Source of the DNA: Leucoraja erinacea
Taxonomy: Eukaryota
Direction of reading: 5' to 3'
Length of the DNA stretch: 64,000 bases
Assembly: GCF_028641065.1 (NCBI RefSeq)
Contig: NC_073401.1
Span: 22,630,001-22,694,000, forward strand
The notes beneath the pieces were generated by a model. The model worked only from the letters and a program-made list of their open reading frames with translations. It was not told where the DNA came from and searched no databases. The translations under genes were made by a program, and so were the position numbers. Shown here in pieces: positions 36,901 to 47,405 of the stretch. How positions within the stretch are numbered: position 1 is the first letter of the stretch; the number at the start of each line of letters is the position of its first letter.

Positions 36901-39248
36901 TGCAGAATATTGAGGGACCCTCTGCGACACTTTATTGTACCACGCTTTGTACAACAAATAAAGGCTTTGCACATGGTGCAAATTCTCCGTTAGCTATCAG
37001 TGAGGGAACATTGAATTGAACTGGCATGTTCTCCCTGTGACTGCATAAAAATGTTGTTTGCTTTTCCACTGACCCGTGTGTTTGGTGTTTCCTCCCACAT
37101 TCTAATCAGATATGTGGATTTGTAGTATTTCCTATATGTGGCCTAATTGGCCTCAGTATATTGCCCCTGATGGTTAGGGAGTGGATGCAAATATGGGATA
37201 ATATGAAACTACTGTAAATGGGCGATTAAAGGTCAGCATGGCTTTGATGGGTCGAAGGGCCTGTTTCCGTGCTGTATCTCTATATAAAATAAATAAATGT
37301 TGTGTGTCTGGAGCTCTGTTTGCTGTGTGTGGTAGATGGCAGTGGCTGGTTTCTGGACGCACTGCTCCATATAATGTGTGGAGTATGGTGCATCCCTCCA
37401 CCCCCCTGCAGGTTCTTGGGGGACAGTTCCCCACAACAAGACTACCTTCCCCTCCTTTTGCCTCAGTCTGCTTTGGCTCTCCTGCAGTAGGATCAATGGA
37501 CTAACTATTTTAAACAATGTTATTCAAAAGATACAAAACTCTTATAAACTACAGTAAAACTCTGCATTCTTAGCAGTGCCAAAGTTAAGCCCAGTTGAGT
37601 ATAACAAGCTCTCTATTTTAATTCCCAGGGAATCTGCAAATTAAGGAATTTTTTTAAAGCATGGTTTGCTTTACAAGCAATGTATGCTTATAATGTTGTA
37701 CACTCAATTTGTAATCAAAATTATACCCACATGGGAACTCCTAATACATAAATGGCATACATGATCAAGTTCTGAGCCAGTGTCACTGAAGCCATTTGGG
37801 TTGCATTCCTAGAGTGGAGTGATTGAACACTGAATAGTGATTAGAAAATGGACACTTTTAACAAAAACACAAAATATTGGCACAGTGAAAGAAATTTTAA
37901 TGGGGATTAAAATTGCAGCTGCAATGTAATCCAGAACCAGTTTGGTTGTCGGATTACCCTGTGTCAACTGTTCTAAACCAGCGCAATGCTTTGGATTCTG
38001 AAGTGGAGTGTAAAATGGTTGTGATGGAGATTCAGTAAATAATTGTCATTCTTTTCCAGTTTCTTTGGCAAAGCATTTGAAAAGGCAGCAGAAAGTACCA
38101 GCTCAAGGACTCTGCATGATCAATTTGATAGTTCCAGTAAGTAACACTTCAGGTCACTTTGCCACTATAAAATCAAGTTTAATAATCATGGTGTCAGTTA
38201 CTTTGGCAGTTTGAGGAAGTATCTTTCTTCATTTCCTTGCATAATTGTGATTGATTGCAGGGAGTATCCCTTTTTGAAGTGTTTGGGGAATATGTGTCAA
38301 AGATTTTGTGCCTCACTTCAAACAGAATTGTTTTAAGATTTCCTCCTAACAGACTAGAGGGAAATCATTCTATACTTAAATAAAACAGAATGGCATTTGT
38401 GTGCTAACAGGGAAAAAAGGTTGAAGTAATTTTAGAAATGCTTGATATATATATGCAGTCTGGGTTTTTGAAAACTGTTCATGTATCAAAAAAGCAAAGT
38501 CAGATGTGATATTTTTGAGAACATTGTTTTGCGCAGGAAATCTGTTTCATTGAACGTTTTCAATATACGTATTACATCAACATTCTGCAGTACTGGTGTT
38601 GAGAGTACACTTTTTTTTCTCTAAACTGCATATGGATTATTATGTTCCATTCCAAGCATTGAATTACAGTTTGTGCATATAGCTTTCTTCCGGTGGGGCG
38701 AAGAGCCCTTGCCTTGCCGCTCTTCTTCATTAATTTGGCATCTGACCGACCGGCACAATAGATTGCTAGTTAAGTGAATGCAGTCTTTAGAGTTAATAGA
38801 TACAGCGTGCAAATTGGCCTTTCAGTCCACCAAGTCCATGCTAACCAGCCATCTCCCCGTATACCAGCACTGTCCTACACTCACTAGGGACAATTTACAA
38901 ATAATAGAACCCAATTAACCTGTAAACCTTTACCTCTTTCGTGTGTGGGAGCAAGCCAGAGCACCCAGAGAAAAACCATGCATCCCAAGGGAGAACATAC
39001 AAAGTCCATATAGACAGCACCTGTAGTCGGGATTGAACCCAGGTCTCTGGGGCTGGAAGGCAAAGCTATACCGCCACACCACCGTGCCGTCCCTTAGTCT
39101 GAAGGTAGCTGAGAATATCGCCACCATTGAAAGGAGGCATATTGACAACTTTGACATATTGACAATTGTCTTTTTTTTTCCAGTAATAGAACTGAAAAGT
39201 GAGGATCGCAGCAAATTTCTGGATGCATTGATCTCTTTGCTGTCTTAA
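6926..39248 (+). CDS. CDC45: CDC45 (CMG helicase component), spliced CDS, 18 coding exons, about 568 aa
   Basis: join(6926-6976,8041-8100,8634-8726,9859-9996,12737-12886,16348-16406,18416-18464,22006-22067,22210-22260,22537-22656,23500-23631,25127-25226,26351-26509,28075-28213,33233-33316,35534-35652,38060-38136,39184-39248). All introns are GT-AG and phases agree except for +1 nt in exon 12. Runs [11 protein letters not shown] to [12 protein letters not shown]. Confidence 0.97.
8041..8100 (+). CDS. CDC45: CDC45 exon 2
   Basis: ttttcag|[20 protein letters not shown]|gtgagt. Confidence 0.96.
8634..8726 (+). CDS. CDC45: CDC45 exon 3
   Basis: tttcag|[31 protein letters not shown]|gtgg. Confidence 0.96.
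8790..9420 (-). mobile_element. Decayed non-LTR retrotransposon 3' fragments (Rex1/Babar-like)
   Basis: Two reverse-oriented tail copies (tttattgtcacatgtac...ggtacag); the same family occurs on the plus strand at about 44800-45030 and 50690-50810. Confidence 0.5.
9480..9740 (-). mobile_element. HE1-like V-SINE
   Basis: Reverse complement of the tRNA-like head and V-domain (gtacggagtttgtacattctccctgtgacctgcgtgggttt). Confidence 0.75.
9859..9996 (+). CDS. CDC45: CDC45 exon 4
   Basis: ttgcag|[46 protein letters not shown]|gtatg (INCG and DSHRP motifs). Confidence 0.97.
12737..12886 (+). CDS. CDC45: CDC45 exon 5 (acidic loop, NLS-like KRRR)
   Basis: ttctag|[50 protein letters not shown]|gtga. 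Confidence 0.95.
13400..15120 (+). mobile_element. Decayed Penelope-like retroelement (RT, GIY-YIG endonuclease, terminal segments)
   Basis: [26 protein letters not shown] resembles the PLE RT motif GxAMGTxMxPSYA; YLSYFADCI is a degenerate YIDD; [23 protein letters not shown] is GIY-YIG. Tandem terminal segments at about 14945 and 15025. Confidence 0.88.
16348..16406 (+). CDS. CDC45: CDC45 exon 6
   Basis: ttctag|[19 protein letters not shown](R)|gtac. Confidence 0.92.
18416..18464 (+). CDS. CDC45: CDC45 exon 7
   Basis: ttacag|[16 protein letters not shown]|gtatgt. Confidence 0.95.
18675..19195 (-). mobile_element. HE1-like V-SINE interrupted by a MITE
   Basis: SINE tail at about 18675-18705 and body at 18970-19195. 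Confidence 0.7.
18709..18965. mobile_element. PIF/Harbinger-like MITE nested in the SINE
   Basis: TIRs GGGGCTTGTCCCAATTGGC and GCCAAGTGGGGCAAGTCCC, flanked by TAA and TTA. Confidence 0.7.
20113..20568. repeat. Long inverted repeat in CDC45 intron 7
   Basis: Arms 20113-20281 and 20402-20568 are reverse complements at roughly 90% identity by eye, with a 120-nt spacer. Confidence 0.92.
22006..22067 (+). CDS. CDC45: CDC45 exon 8
   Basis: ttgcag|[20 protein letters not shown](W)|gtaagt. Confidence 0.95.
22210..22260 (+). CDS. CDC45: CDC45 exon 9
   Basis: ttttag|[16 protein letters not shown]|gtacgt. Confidence 0.95.
22537..22656 (+). CDS. CDC45: CDC45 exon 10
   Basis: ctgcag|[39 protein letters not shown]|GTATCCTTT. 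Confidence 0.95.
22657..23499 (+). other. CDC45: U12-type (minor spliceosome) GT-AG intron, CDC45 intron 10
   Basis: 5' splice site GTATCCTTT matches the U11 consensus. Branch-site-like TTTTCTTTAAC at 23473-23483 lies about 16 nt before the AG. Confidence 0.88.
23500..23631 (+). CDS. CDC45: CDC45 exon 11
   Basis: ttcag|[43 protein letters not shown](G)|gtagg. Confidence 0.96.
23890..25020 (+). mobile_element. CR1/HER1-like LINE RT fragments
   Basis: Degenerate SGVP*GSVLGP and FADNT motifs, plus [18 protein letters not shown]...[19 protein letters not shown]. Confidence 0.9.
25127..25226 (+). CDS. CDC45: CDC45 exon 12 (apparent 1-nt insertion near 25200)
   Basis: ttgcag|[24 protein letters not shown] [+1 nt] LEESASKF(G)|gtaa. 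Length is 100 nt where flanking phases require 99. Confidence 0.9.
26351..26509 (+). CDS. CDC45: CDC45 exon 13
   Basis: tttcag|[52 protein letters not shown](R)|gtat. Confidence 0.96.
26690..27027. mobile_element. Divergent pair of Penelope-like terminal segments with hammerhead-like cores
   Basis: Minus copy 26690-26812 and plus copy 26928-27027 (CTGAAGAaggggctcgacccGAAAcgTC). Confidence 0.8.
28075..28213 (+). CDS. CDC45: CDC45 exon 14
   Basis: ctgtag|[46 protein letters not shown]|gtgagg. Confidence 0.96.
28244..29906 (-). mobile_element. Full-length but inactivated Tc1-family transposon with IR/DR ends
   Basis: TA|CAGTGC...GCACTG|TG ends, long TIRs with inner direct repeats (cataatgtttgggaca). 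Frameshifted minus-strand transposase remnants [15 protein letters not shown] and QSPDLNPIE. Confidence 0.93.
30130..30890 (+). mobile_element. CR1-like LINE 3' ends interleaved with a minus-strand Penelope terminal segment (30410-30500)
   Basis: [14 protein letters not shown]-type remnant of the FSQRVV..WNSLP region and the 3' tail gaatggcctactcctgcacctattgtcta. Confidence 0.75.
31600..31905 (+). mobile_element. HE1-like V-SINE, near full length
   Basis: tRNA-like head, V-domain (tttgtacgttctcccgtcaccgcatgggttttctccgagtgctccagtttcctcccac), LINE-derived tail ending ctctaaagtctaaag. Further copies at about 670-825(-), 25430-25725(+), 37020-37280(+), 38795-39092(-) and 45645-45830(+). Confidence 0.82.
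33233..33316 (+). CDS. CDC45: CDC45 exon 15
   Basis: ctccag|[28 protein letters not shown]|gtatgt. Confidence 0.94.
33497..34133 (+). mobile_element. CR1/HER1-like LINE 3' fragment
   Basis: ORF 33640-34014 ends [21 protein letters not shown], followed by the 3' tail. Confidence 0.92.
34296..34857 (-). mobile_element. CR1-like LINE 3' fragment, second subfamily
   Basis: [15 protein letters not shown]...[14 protein letters not shown]; short-repeat tail (tatatggt)n. Confidence 0.9.
35344..35530 (+). mobile_element. Retroposon 3' end with (GATTCT)n tail abutting the exon 16 acceptor
   Basis: AATAAA followed by gtgtGATTCTGATTCTGATT. Internal gccttccatcatagtgagg resembles the element at about 42400-42745. 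Confidence 0.6.
35534..35652 (+). CDS. CDC45: CDC45 exon 16
   Basis: atttag|[39 protein letters not shown](N)|gtgagt. Confidence 0.95.
36048..36960 (+). mobile_element. CR1-like LINE fragments with a garbled distal part
   Basis: [30 protein letters not shown] and [17 protein letters not shown] remnants. Confidence 0.8.
38060..38136 (+). CDS. CDC45: CDC45 exon 17
   Basis: ttccag|[25 protein letters not shown]|gtaagt. Confidence 0.96.
39184..39248 (+). CDS. CDC45: CDC45 exon 18 (last coding exon)
   Basis: ttccag|(I)[23 protein letters not shown], then AG|GTGAGT donor at 39251. Confidence 0.96.
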
Positions 39249-39950
39249 AGGTGAGTACAACTTTATTTGCTGAAGGATGAACACTCAATTTTTGTTCTTG
39301 TAGCAGGACTGTCTATTTAGAAGTGTATTAACAGAATAATTGTTTTTACAAATCATTTTAAAGAGCTGTCTACATTTGGAATATGCAGGGGAAATGAAAA
39401 GCCAATGAATAAAGACTTGTGTAAATATAGCAATGTTACAGTAATTGGAGTAGATTCGAAAAGTCTGTTACCTGAAGTATAAGCAGATGCTTTTGATTCA
39501 ATGTCTTACAACTGGCCAGATAACTTTGAAAGCCACAGGAACTTAATGACAAATAGTGCTTCATTTTTATTGCAATCTATTATGGGTATTAATATAAAAC
39601 ACATTGTAAAGGTGTCAATAATGTTATGGTCCTGTTTATCCTCTTAGCATGTACACTATTGTCCATGGGTGTTTCTTGAATCCTATTGGAAACTATTGCA
39701 ATTGTTCAGCATTTGATAAACAATTTGCGAGCTGTTGAAGACTGATTTTATTACTCTTGTATAGAAGCAGTTTAAAAAAATAATAATTAATACCAAAATG
39801 ATGAATCTCTTGGCTCGATGTTTCATCTCGCCTTAGTGCAACAAGCTGGGGGGTTTTTTTGCCGCCCAGCTAGGTATCATAAACTTGAGTGTACTTTGAC
39901 TTCCTCTCTCTGCTGTGGTTCAATTGATATTTCCTGTTCTTGCTTTTTAG

Positions 39951-40180
39951 GTTCATGCCTGGTGATTTTTGTGATTCTCTGAGGATTGAAAGTTCTCTTC
40001 TATTTTGTCTTGTGATGTGGGAAAAAATATATAAATTATCTAACGGTCCTGGAGTTGTTGTTGTTTTACTGTCTCTTTTTATCTATACATTAGATTGTAA
40101 ATTATGTATTATTATAGGTATGCTGTTTACCAGATTTTACTTTTGTAAATTTAAAATAAAATCAGTACTGATTTTGTGTA
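39951..40180 (+). other. CDC45: Putative non-coding CDC45 exon 19 (3' UTR)
   Basis: Strong polypyrimidine tract and TAG acceptor ending at 39950; AATAAA at 40155-40160. Confidence 0.7.
40155..40160 (+). terminator. CDC45 polyadenylation signal
   Basis: AATAAA followed 15-45 nt later by GU/U-rich sequence (ttttgtgtatttgagttgttg). Confidence 0.65.
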
Positions 40181-43100
40181 TTTGAGTTGTTGCATGACTT
40201 GGTCTTGTATATTTGCTCTTATTTTTGGGAGTATTTACACAGTGCTATTCCTAACAGCCGTAAAACATCCTCTGTTTTGGCTGCTACTGGGACTGGAATG
40301 CTTTTATTCCCTTTGTTGTTTTTTCTCCTTTAATTGGCAAAACCAGCATTAGATTGAAAAATAAATTGACGACAAACGTGGGAGCTTAGAACAACTTGTA
40401 GTTTATTGTATGCTGATCATTTTTGCCTTGTTTCTGTTCCATCCCAACAGTTTAACTGATGATTATAGATCACCAAGTTTCCAAGAATGTGCTAAAATGG
40501 CCTTGTGATAGTGATAAGCTCTCAAATTTCTGGTTTAGAGAACCAGAACAAAGCTGTAATTCCTCTTGCATCACCAATAGAGAAAGCAACAAAGAATTTT
40601 GAAGCAGCATTAGTGACTGCCAGAAAGGCCTACCACTGTTTTGATGATAGGAAACAATGCTGGTCCCTTCCCGTTTCTCCCTCTCTCCCACCCCCCCCCC
40701 CCCCCCCCCCCCCCCCCCACCACCGGCAAGAGGCTTTCCAAAATGACATCCCCTTTTTTTTTTCCTTAAAGCCTTTTTTTGGATAAACAACCGCTGGCAT
40801 TGTCTCGGCACTGTTTGATTCTTCAGCCCAGGCTTTCTGCTTCTGTGTCCAAAAGGCCAATTAGTTATTCTATAAGAAATCACTGCTTGCCAAGTGCAGA
40901 TGCAGAAAATCTCAGTGCTTGTTAGAATATTGAACAATAACCAGAGGACAGGTTTAGCAAAGTTGTATTTGTATGAAGAAAATAACTTTTTCAATTGCTC
41001 TCCATAGTTATTCAGTAACTTTAAAGACACAATTGGATCTCCAGCTTAAAATAAAATAAATAATGGAGATTGATTGAATCGCAGTTTCAAAACGATCAGC
41101 ATTGGTAAAATAGGGTAAACATTATCTGTGCAGTACAGGTCCACCACTGATTTTTCCAGAACCCTTGGTTCCAGAGCCTTGCGGAATTATCTGTTTTGCC
41201 AGACCTAAAGAGGACCAAAATGATTATACAATACACCTCTGACCCACTAATTATACCCCTCCAATATGTCTAAAGCAGCATGGACTGCTAGAAAGTTAAA
41301 ACTAATCTTAAATGTAAATTACAGCAAAACTTGAATTTATTACATGGCTACCTGGTGGCCAGTTAACTAGTAGCCCTCTGAAGTCCAAATATGGGGTAGG
41401 ATCGGGGGCCGAGGTGCCGCTTTCCCGGTTATACTACCAGGCCGACCCCCACAGCCCACAAGTTGCCAAATCTGCCGAAATAGCGGCAAGTAGGCACGTG
41501 CAGCACAGGCCTCCGAGGAGTCCAACGGTACTGGATCGGACCGCTTGGGGCATCGGGGTGGGGGAGGAGAAACCGCCCTGCATAGCTGGCTATGGGAATG
41601 GATCCGCGCCTGAACATTAACAATGAGATTCTTATTTTAACCTGGAAAATGGTTTACAATTTGGGGTTTCGCAATTCGCAGATTTTAAGCCTTGAAGTAA
41701 AATATTCCAGTCCCCCTCTTCCTCCTCATTCCCCCGTCTGCCCGCACAAAATCATCCAATTCATCTATTTATTCAGAAGGGAAGCAGTCAACCCTGATCT
41801 TTGCAATTTACACGAGCCAACATTTTCTTAAGAACTTCAAAGAGGTGGGAGGATATTTGAGGACTTCAAGCAACATCAGGTTGTGCAGCTGTTTCCTGGC
41901 ATCCGGCAATACGGTAAGCTAATTCAATTCTATGCTTCATAGTTCACGTTCGGTGCTAAATGAATGTTGAGAAAAGAAGTTTGAATTCCATTATGAGCTG
42001 TAGGCATATAGTATGGAAAGAGCCTTATCTATGCCAACCAAGATGCTCTAAGTTGGTCTATTTGCCCAATTCTGGCCCATATCCTAAACCTAGCTGATCC
42101 ACATACCTTCCTCCAACAGCGTGTTCCATATTTTACTTTTTCGCCACCCTCTGAGTGGAAACAAAGTTGACTATTGAGCTCCTATTAATTGTTTCCCGTC
42201 TCAGTTTAAATCTGTCCTCTGGTTATTGATTCCCCGACCCTGGGTAAAAGATTCTGTGCGTTCACACTATCTATGGACCCGTCCCATAATTGTATGGTAA
42301 ACTTCTATAAGATCGCCCTGTGCCCAAGGAATAAAGTGCAAGCCTGTCCAATGTTATCCTGTAGCTCAGGTTCTCAAGTCCTCGCAACATCCAGCATGGC
42401 CTATCTGCTTCGGAATCGGAAGGCAAGGAAGCTGTCGTTCCAGGTTTCCCATGTCGCTGAGAGGATTCTCCCGATGCCGGAGCACCATCATCTGGCGAGA
42501 ATGGCCTGGGCCTCCGTAAAGGCGACTGCGGAGGCCTCAATAGGCCCGACTATGGGTGGACATGGGGATGGGGACTGGACTTTGTGCCTTCCCTCATAAT
42601 GGGAACCATTGTGGGGGGGGATGTTGTTTATGTTTAAATTTCTTTATTCCTGTTATGTTGTATTCTTTTTTTTATGTGCTGCAATGGCAATACGCATTTA
42701 ACTACACCAATTGGTGTATGTGACTAATAAAGAACCTTTGAATCTAAATCTACCAAGTGGATGCATTATGCAGTAGGAATATTCTTAAATACAATGAATT
42801 ATAAAAGGTTTAAAGTATGAGGTTTGGTTGTAATTGAGGTAAATATTAATGTTGTGACTGATTTCCAAAATGGGTGAGTAGCCAAATTAAACATGAGGTG
42901 ATGGTATCTGAAAGTGATGCGTGCAGGATAATAGAAAAACAATGGACCATTGCAACAGTTGAACATCGGTAAGAGACGCATGATTTTATTTTTCTCGCTG
43001 GAGAAAAAGTAAAGGATAGGGGAGCTGAACTGGCAGTAAGTTTAAACAAATTAAACACTAATATTATAGGCTCGTTTCCAGATTTCTGTTTGGTTATAGG

Positions 43101-46100
43101 AGGATTTAAGATTGTAAAAAAATAGTTACTGCCAAATTAAATCCAGTATCTTAATTGTTTGTGTTTATTTGCTAAATTGAAACCCAGGCTGGCTGCAAGA
43201 GACTTTTCTGTTACAATGGACTTTATCAGTGCTTGGAGAGATTTTGATAAAAATCTATGTTGAACATGTGAGGTTTTAATTGTTTTCAATAGTCCAGCAG
43301 TCTTCAAGGTTATAATTTAATTCATGGATATTTCTGATCCATTTCACTGAGCCAATCATTCGTTTTTGGCCCAAATGCAGAGGATAACTTCCTGTTACTC
43401 CACAGTGGCTGGCTCCAAAACTACTGAACCATATACACCAAGTAGACTTCTGATTTGAACCGTGGTCTGTGTTGAGAGCAATGGGACGTTGGGAGGTATC
43501 ACATGGCTCTTTGTTTTCAAGCTGCAGAGATGAAGAATCTGACTAATGCACCAGTAATGTCCAGTGATCCATGTTCGTAAAGACACATTATCAAGGATGT
43601 GGTCGAGCATCATTGAAAGTTCAGATTTTCTGCTTGCATTCCTAGTCCAAGCTTACACATAAACAATGAGTTCTTGAGAGTATGCCATGGAAACTGCTCT
43701 TCACTGTGAGCAGCCATCAACAGAAGAGGGCGTGCGGTGTGGGGGGGGGGGGGAGAGAGAGGGGGAGGGGGGGGGGAAGGAGAGGCGGAGGGAGGAAGGG
43801 AGGAGGAGGAAAGTTTAGTGAAATCCAATGATTTAAAAAAACTAGCAACCTGCTATAGATCATCATAATTGCTTTCGAGGGGACCTGCCTCTTGCTATCT
43901 GATGGCTTGAAAAACAAACAATTTCAAGCAAAATGCATGAAGTGTTTGAGGATAGATTCTTGGAAAAACATTACCTGGAAATCAACCTCATGCCGATTTA
44001 AAAAATGGTAATTTAGAAAGAGAATAGCGTTCTTTTCTCTGGTCTAGTACAATAATATTTGTGCAGTTGTAGTTTGTGAGGAAGTTTTTGTTTGTGTCTT
44101 GGTCTTATTTCCTTTACTTTTCATTTTGTCCGGTAACCCATGTTTCTCATCAGTCCCCTGTCAGGCTTTACTTTCCACTCTCTGAATCCTTGGTATTCCC
44201 TTCTTGTTTATTAAAACGTTAGCAGCAAGTCAGCAGAAAAGAAAGGAATCAAATCAATTCGGCAGTGAGCTGGAATTCAACACACCAGGGGAGGATTGAA
44301 CTACACTGGCCTGGAAAACAATGCTGCCTTCCACCAGAAAGGTTTTTGCTGGGTCCTAAAGACTTCCTTGCATGGGGCGAGGTTGCAGAGCACATGGCGG
44401 GGGATTTCTTCTGGATTCACACCTTGATATCAAAATTCCCAATTTCAGTATTGAAAAGTTTTGTAATTTCAGTATTGAGAAGAGCACCCAAGCCTTGATC
44501 TTTTTTTGCTGCCCTTCAAACCTTACTTTGTTGTGTTCTTGTTGGAGTAAGGTGAATTTCTGAAAGATCTTGGCGTTGAGCGTTGATGGGGATCTGCCAT
44601 AGAGGAGAATGTGTGGCCAGCATTGAGTGGCCTTGATCCTACTGACTGGTGGAGGAAGCTTGAGGAACTCGCTGGTCTACTCTTTTCTTGATGTCTTGGG
44701 AATATGTGTTTGCAAAACTCCCCATGTGTAGGAGAAACTTCAAATTGGAGTTTACTACCTTTGGACAGCATTGGAATGTTTCATCGCGCTGCTCTGACAT
44801 GTACATTTCTGAATCAAATGACTCCATCTACACTTTACGCTGCCTTGGCAAGGCCATCAGCACAATCAAGGATGCGTCTCACCCCGTCGCTCCCTCTTCT
44901 CCCCTCTCCCATCAGACAACAGGTACAGAAGTGTGACAACTCGTACCTCTAGATTCGCAGACTATTTCTTCCTAGCGGTTATAGGGTAACTGACCCATCC
45001 TACCAACCGAGCGGTCCTGAACTATTATCTACCGCATTGAAGACTCTAGCTATCTTTAATCCGACTTTATTGGACGTTAGAAATACGTTTCCTGCCTCTA
45101 GCGTGTACAAACCCTTAATAATCTTATACGTTTCAATAAGATACCCTCTCATCCTTCTAATTTCCAGAGTATACAAACCCAGACCCTCCATTCTCTCAGC
45201 ATATTACAGTCTATCTTTCAACCGGGCAATTGTACCCAAAGATCCATTTACGCCGCGAAATGGCTGCACGTCAACTGATTAAGAACTGGTGAAAGTGCCA
45301 TGCGGAAACCGCACCCGATTAGAATTCCTCAGATTCTTTCCCCATTATACATGGTGCGAGGAACGTGCCGGAGCAGAAATAGTGTTTTGTCGACACTTTG
45401 TGAATACTTCATGCATTTGTTTTTTTTTTTTACCGTTAAGACTGTATTTTAATGATACAGCATTAACCTTAACTTTAATCTGGAAGTCTAGTTGGTAGGA
45501 TTCTATTTTGGCTTAACGTAGAATTAATATGTGATGGATGACACATAGACCTCTACATAATCCTCTGGAAATTTGATGCACGTGTAATGGATGAATGGAC
45601 AAATTCAACTCCTTGGGCACAATGGTTGAGGAGAAGGCAAAATGGGGTGGTATAGTGGCCTAGCCGTTGAGCTGCTGCTACCTTGCAGCGCCAGAGACCC
45701 GGGTTCGATCCTGACGACTGGTGCTATATCACTACGGGCACGGAGTTTGTACTTTCTCCCAGTGACCGCGTGGGTTTTCCCCGGCTGCTCCGGATTCTTC
45801 CCACGCGAGTTAATTGGCTTTGGCAAAAATTGGTGACCTGCACTCGGTGGAGTGAAGAGTCTGTTTCCGCACTGGATCATGCCTAAAGTTAACTCGAAAT
45901 TATTCATTTTTAATGAAATGTCTGCAAAAGTAAAAAAGCAGCTGGTTTCACTGTTTAACCCTCATCAGGAGTGGGTTCATGGTAAAGAATTGATGTAACT
46001 TCTGGAATACTTCGTTAGTTTATGAAGATGGTGTCAGCCGTCTTGGGGGCGACGTGGTGTCAGTATAGAGTTACGTGCTCGTCTTCCTGCACTGACGGCA

Positions 46101-46539
46101 GGACTTTCACACACGGCCGAGAAGAGGCCGTTCATTTTTCACTTCAAAGTCTCCAATAAACGCTGTCAAAGTCTTCCATAATATGTGCGCGAACGTGTTG
46201 GGGGGAGTGAGTTGACTCGAGTTGCTCGTGAGGGCGAGTGTGCTGGGAGTGTGGTGTAAGATCACGGTGGTGATGGATGCCTGCAGACCCTGCAGTACTT
46301 GGCACAGCGGCGTGCCGTCACCTGGGGCAACCCGGGTTTTGCATGGCCACTGGAACACAGTGGTGGCCTTGTGATCGCAAGTCTAGGCCATTTATAAGAA
46401 TCTGTCTAGTCTTAAATCCGCCCATCGTTATATTGTTGCTCTCCCTCCGCCCCCAGTTTTTCTGTTTACTATCCAGGTGTCTGGTGGCCTTCGAGTGGCA
46501 GCTGTTTAAATCAGCAAGAACCCGCCATCAGTCCGTGTG

Positions 46540-47405
46540 GTAGACAAAAATGCTGGAGAAACTCAGCGGGTGAGGCAGCATCGATGGAGCGAAGGAAATA
46601 GGCGACGTTTCGGGTCGCGGCCCTTCTTCAGACTGCTTTGGCCTGCCTCTCCTCTCTTCCAGCTTTCTCCCACCCCCACCCGCACACAGTGACTCTGAGA
46701 TGGATCCCGACCCAAAACGTAACCTATCCTTAAGTTCCAGAGATGCTGCCTGACCCCTGAGTTACTCCAGCACGTTGTGTCTTTTGGCTGAAGTAACGCG
46801 CCGGGTCGGGTAGCATTTCTGGAGAACATGGATAAGAGTCAAGAGTCAATTTAATTGGACCCCTGGAGGTCCAAACGAAATGCCGTGCAGCCATACATTA
46901 CCACACAAATAGACCCCAGACACAACATAATTACATTTTGATCCATATAGCTGTGGGGAGGGACGTACTCCCCCCCCCCCCCCCATGTCAGACCCTAGCG
47001 GGTGCCCCCCCCCCCAATAGAAGTAATAAGAGATAAGAGAGACATGAAACCTGGTGGGGAGGGAGAGGCGGGTGGGGCTGCAATAGAAGGTGGGCATATT
47101 GACCTGGTAGGTGGATATAGGTGAGCGCGTGGGATATTGATTGGCAAGCGATTGGACGAAAACCAGAAATGAAGAGACAAGGCTGTGAGATAAAGAGAGG
47201 AATTCTGAGATGCGAAAGCAGAGGAAGGATAAATCTGGAAGGTGACGGGGTGAAGAGCAATGGGGTGGGATTTTGGGGTGTACAGATGGGGCACAGGGGA
47301 GGGGGGGTGTCTACAATTAATCTGAAGGAGGGTCCCGACCCGAAATATCGCCTATCCATTTCTTCAGAGATGCTGTCTGATCCGCTGAGGTACTGTAGTG
47401 CCTTG
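46540..47405. mobile_element. Cluster of Penelope-like terminal/3' segments in alternating orientation
   Basis: Minus copy 46540-46635, plus copy about 46695-46785, minus about 46790-46835 and 47000-47320, plus 47320-47405. Confidence 0.7.

Noticed and set aside
6926-39248. CDC45 as a pseudogene
   Set aside because: Only one lesion; the promoter, all splice sites, the other 17 coding exons and synteny are intact.
40686-40720. Poly-C/poly-G tracts (also about 28436-28467, 43741-43810 and 62500-62535) as functional G-quadruplexes or polyproline ORFs
   Set aside because: Low-complexity homopolymers common across the window, with unreliable lengths and no supporting context.
44440-44485. Short tandem duplication aatttcagtattga(a/g)aag
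   Set aside because: Two imperfect copies only; ordinary slippage.
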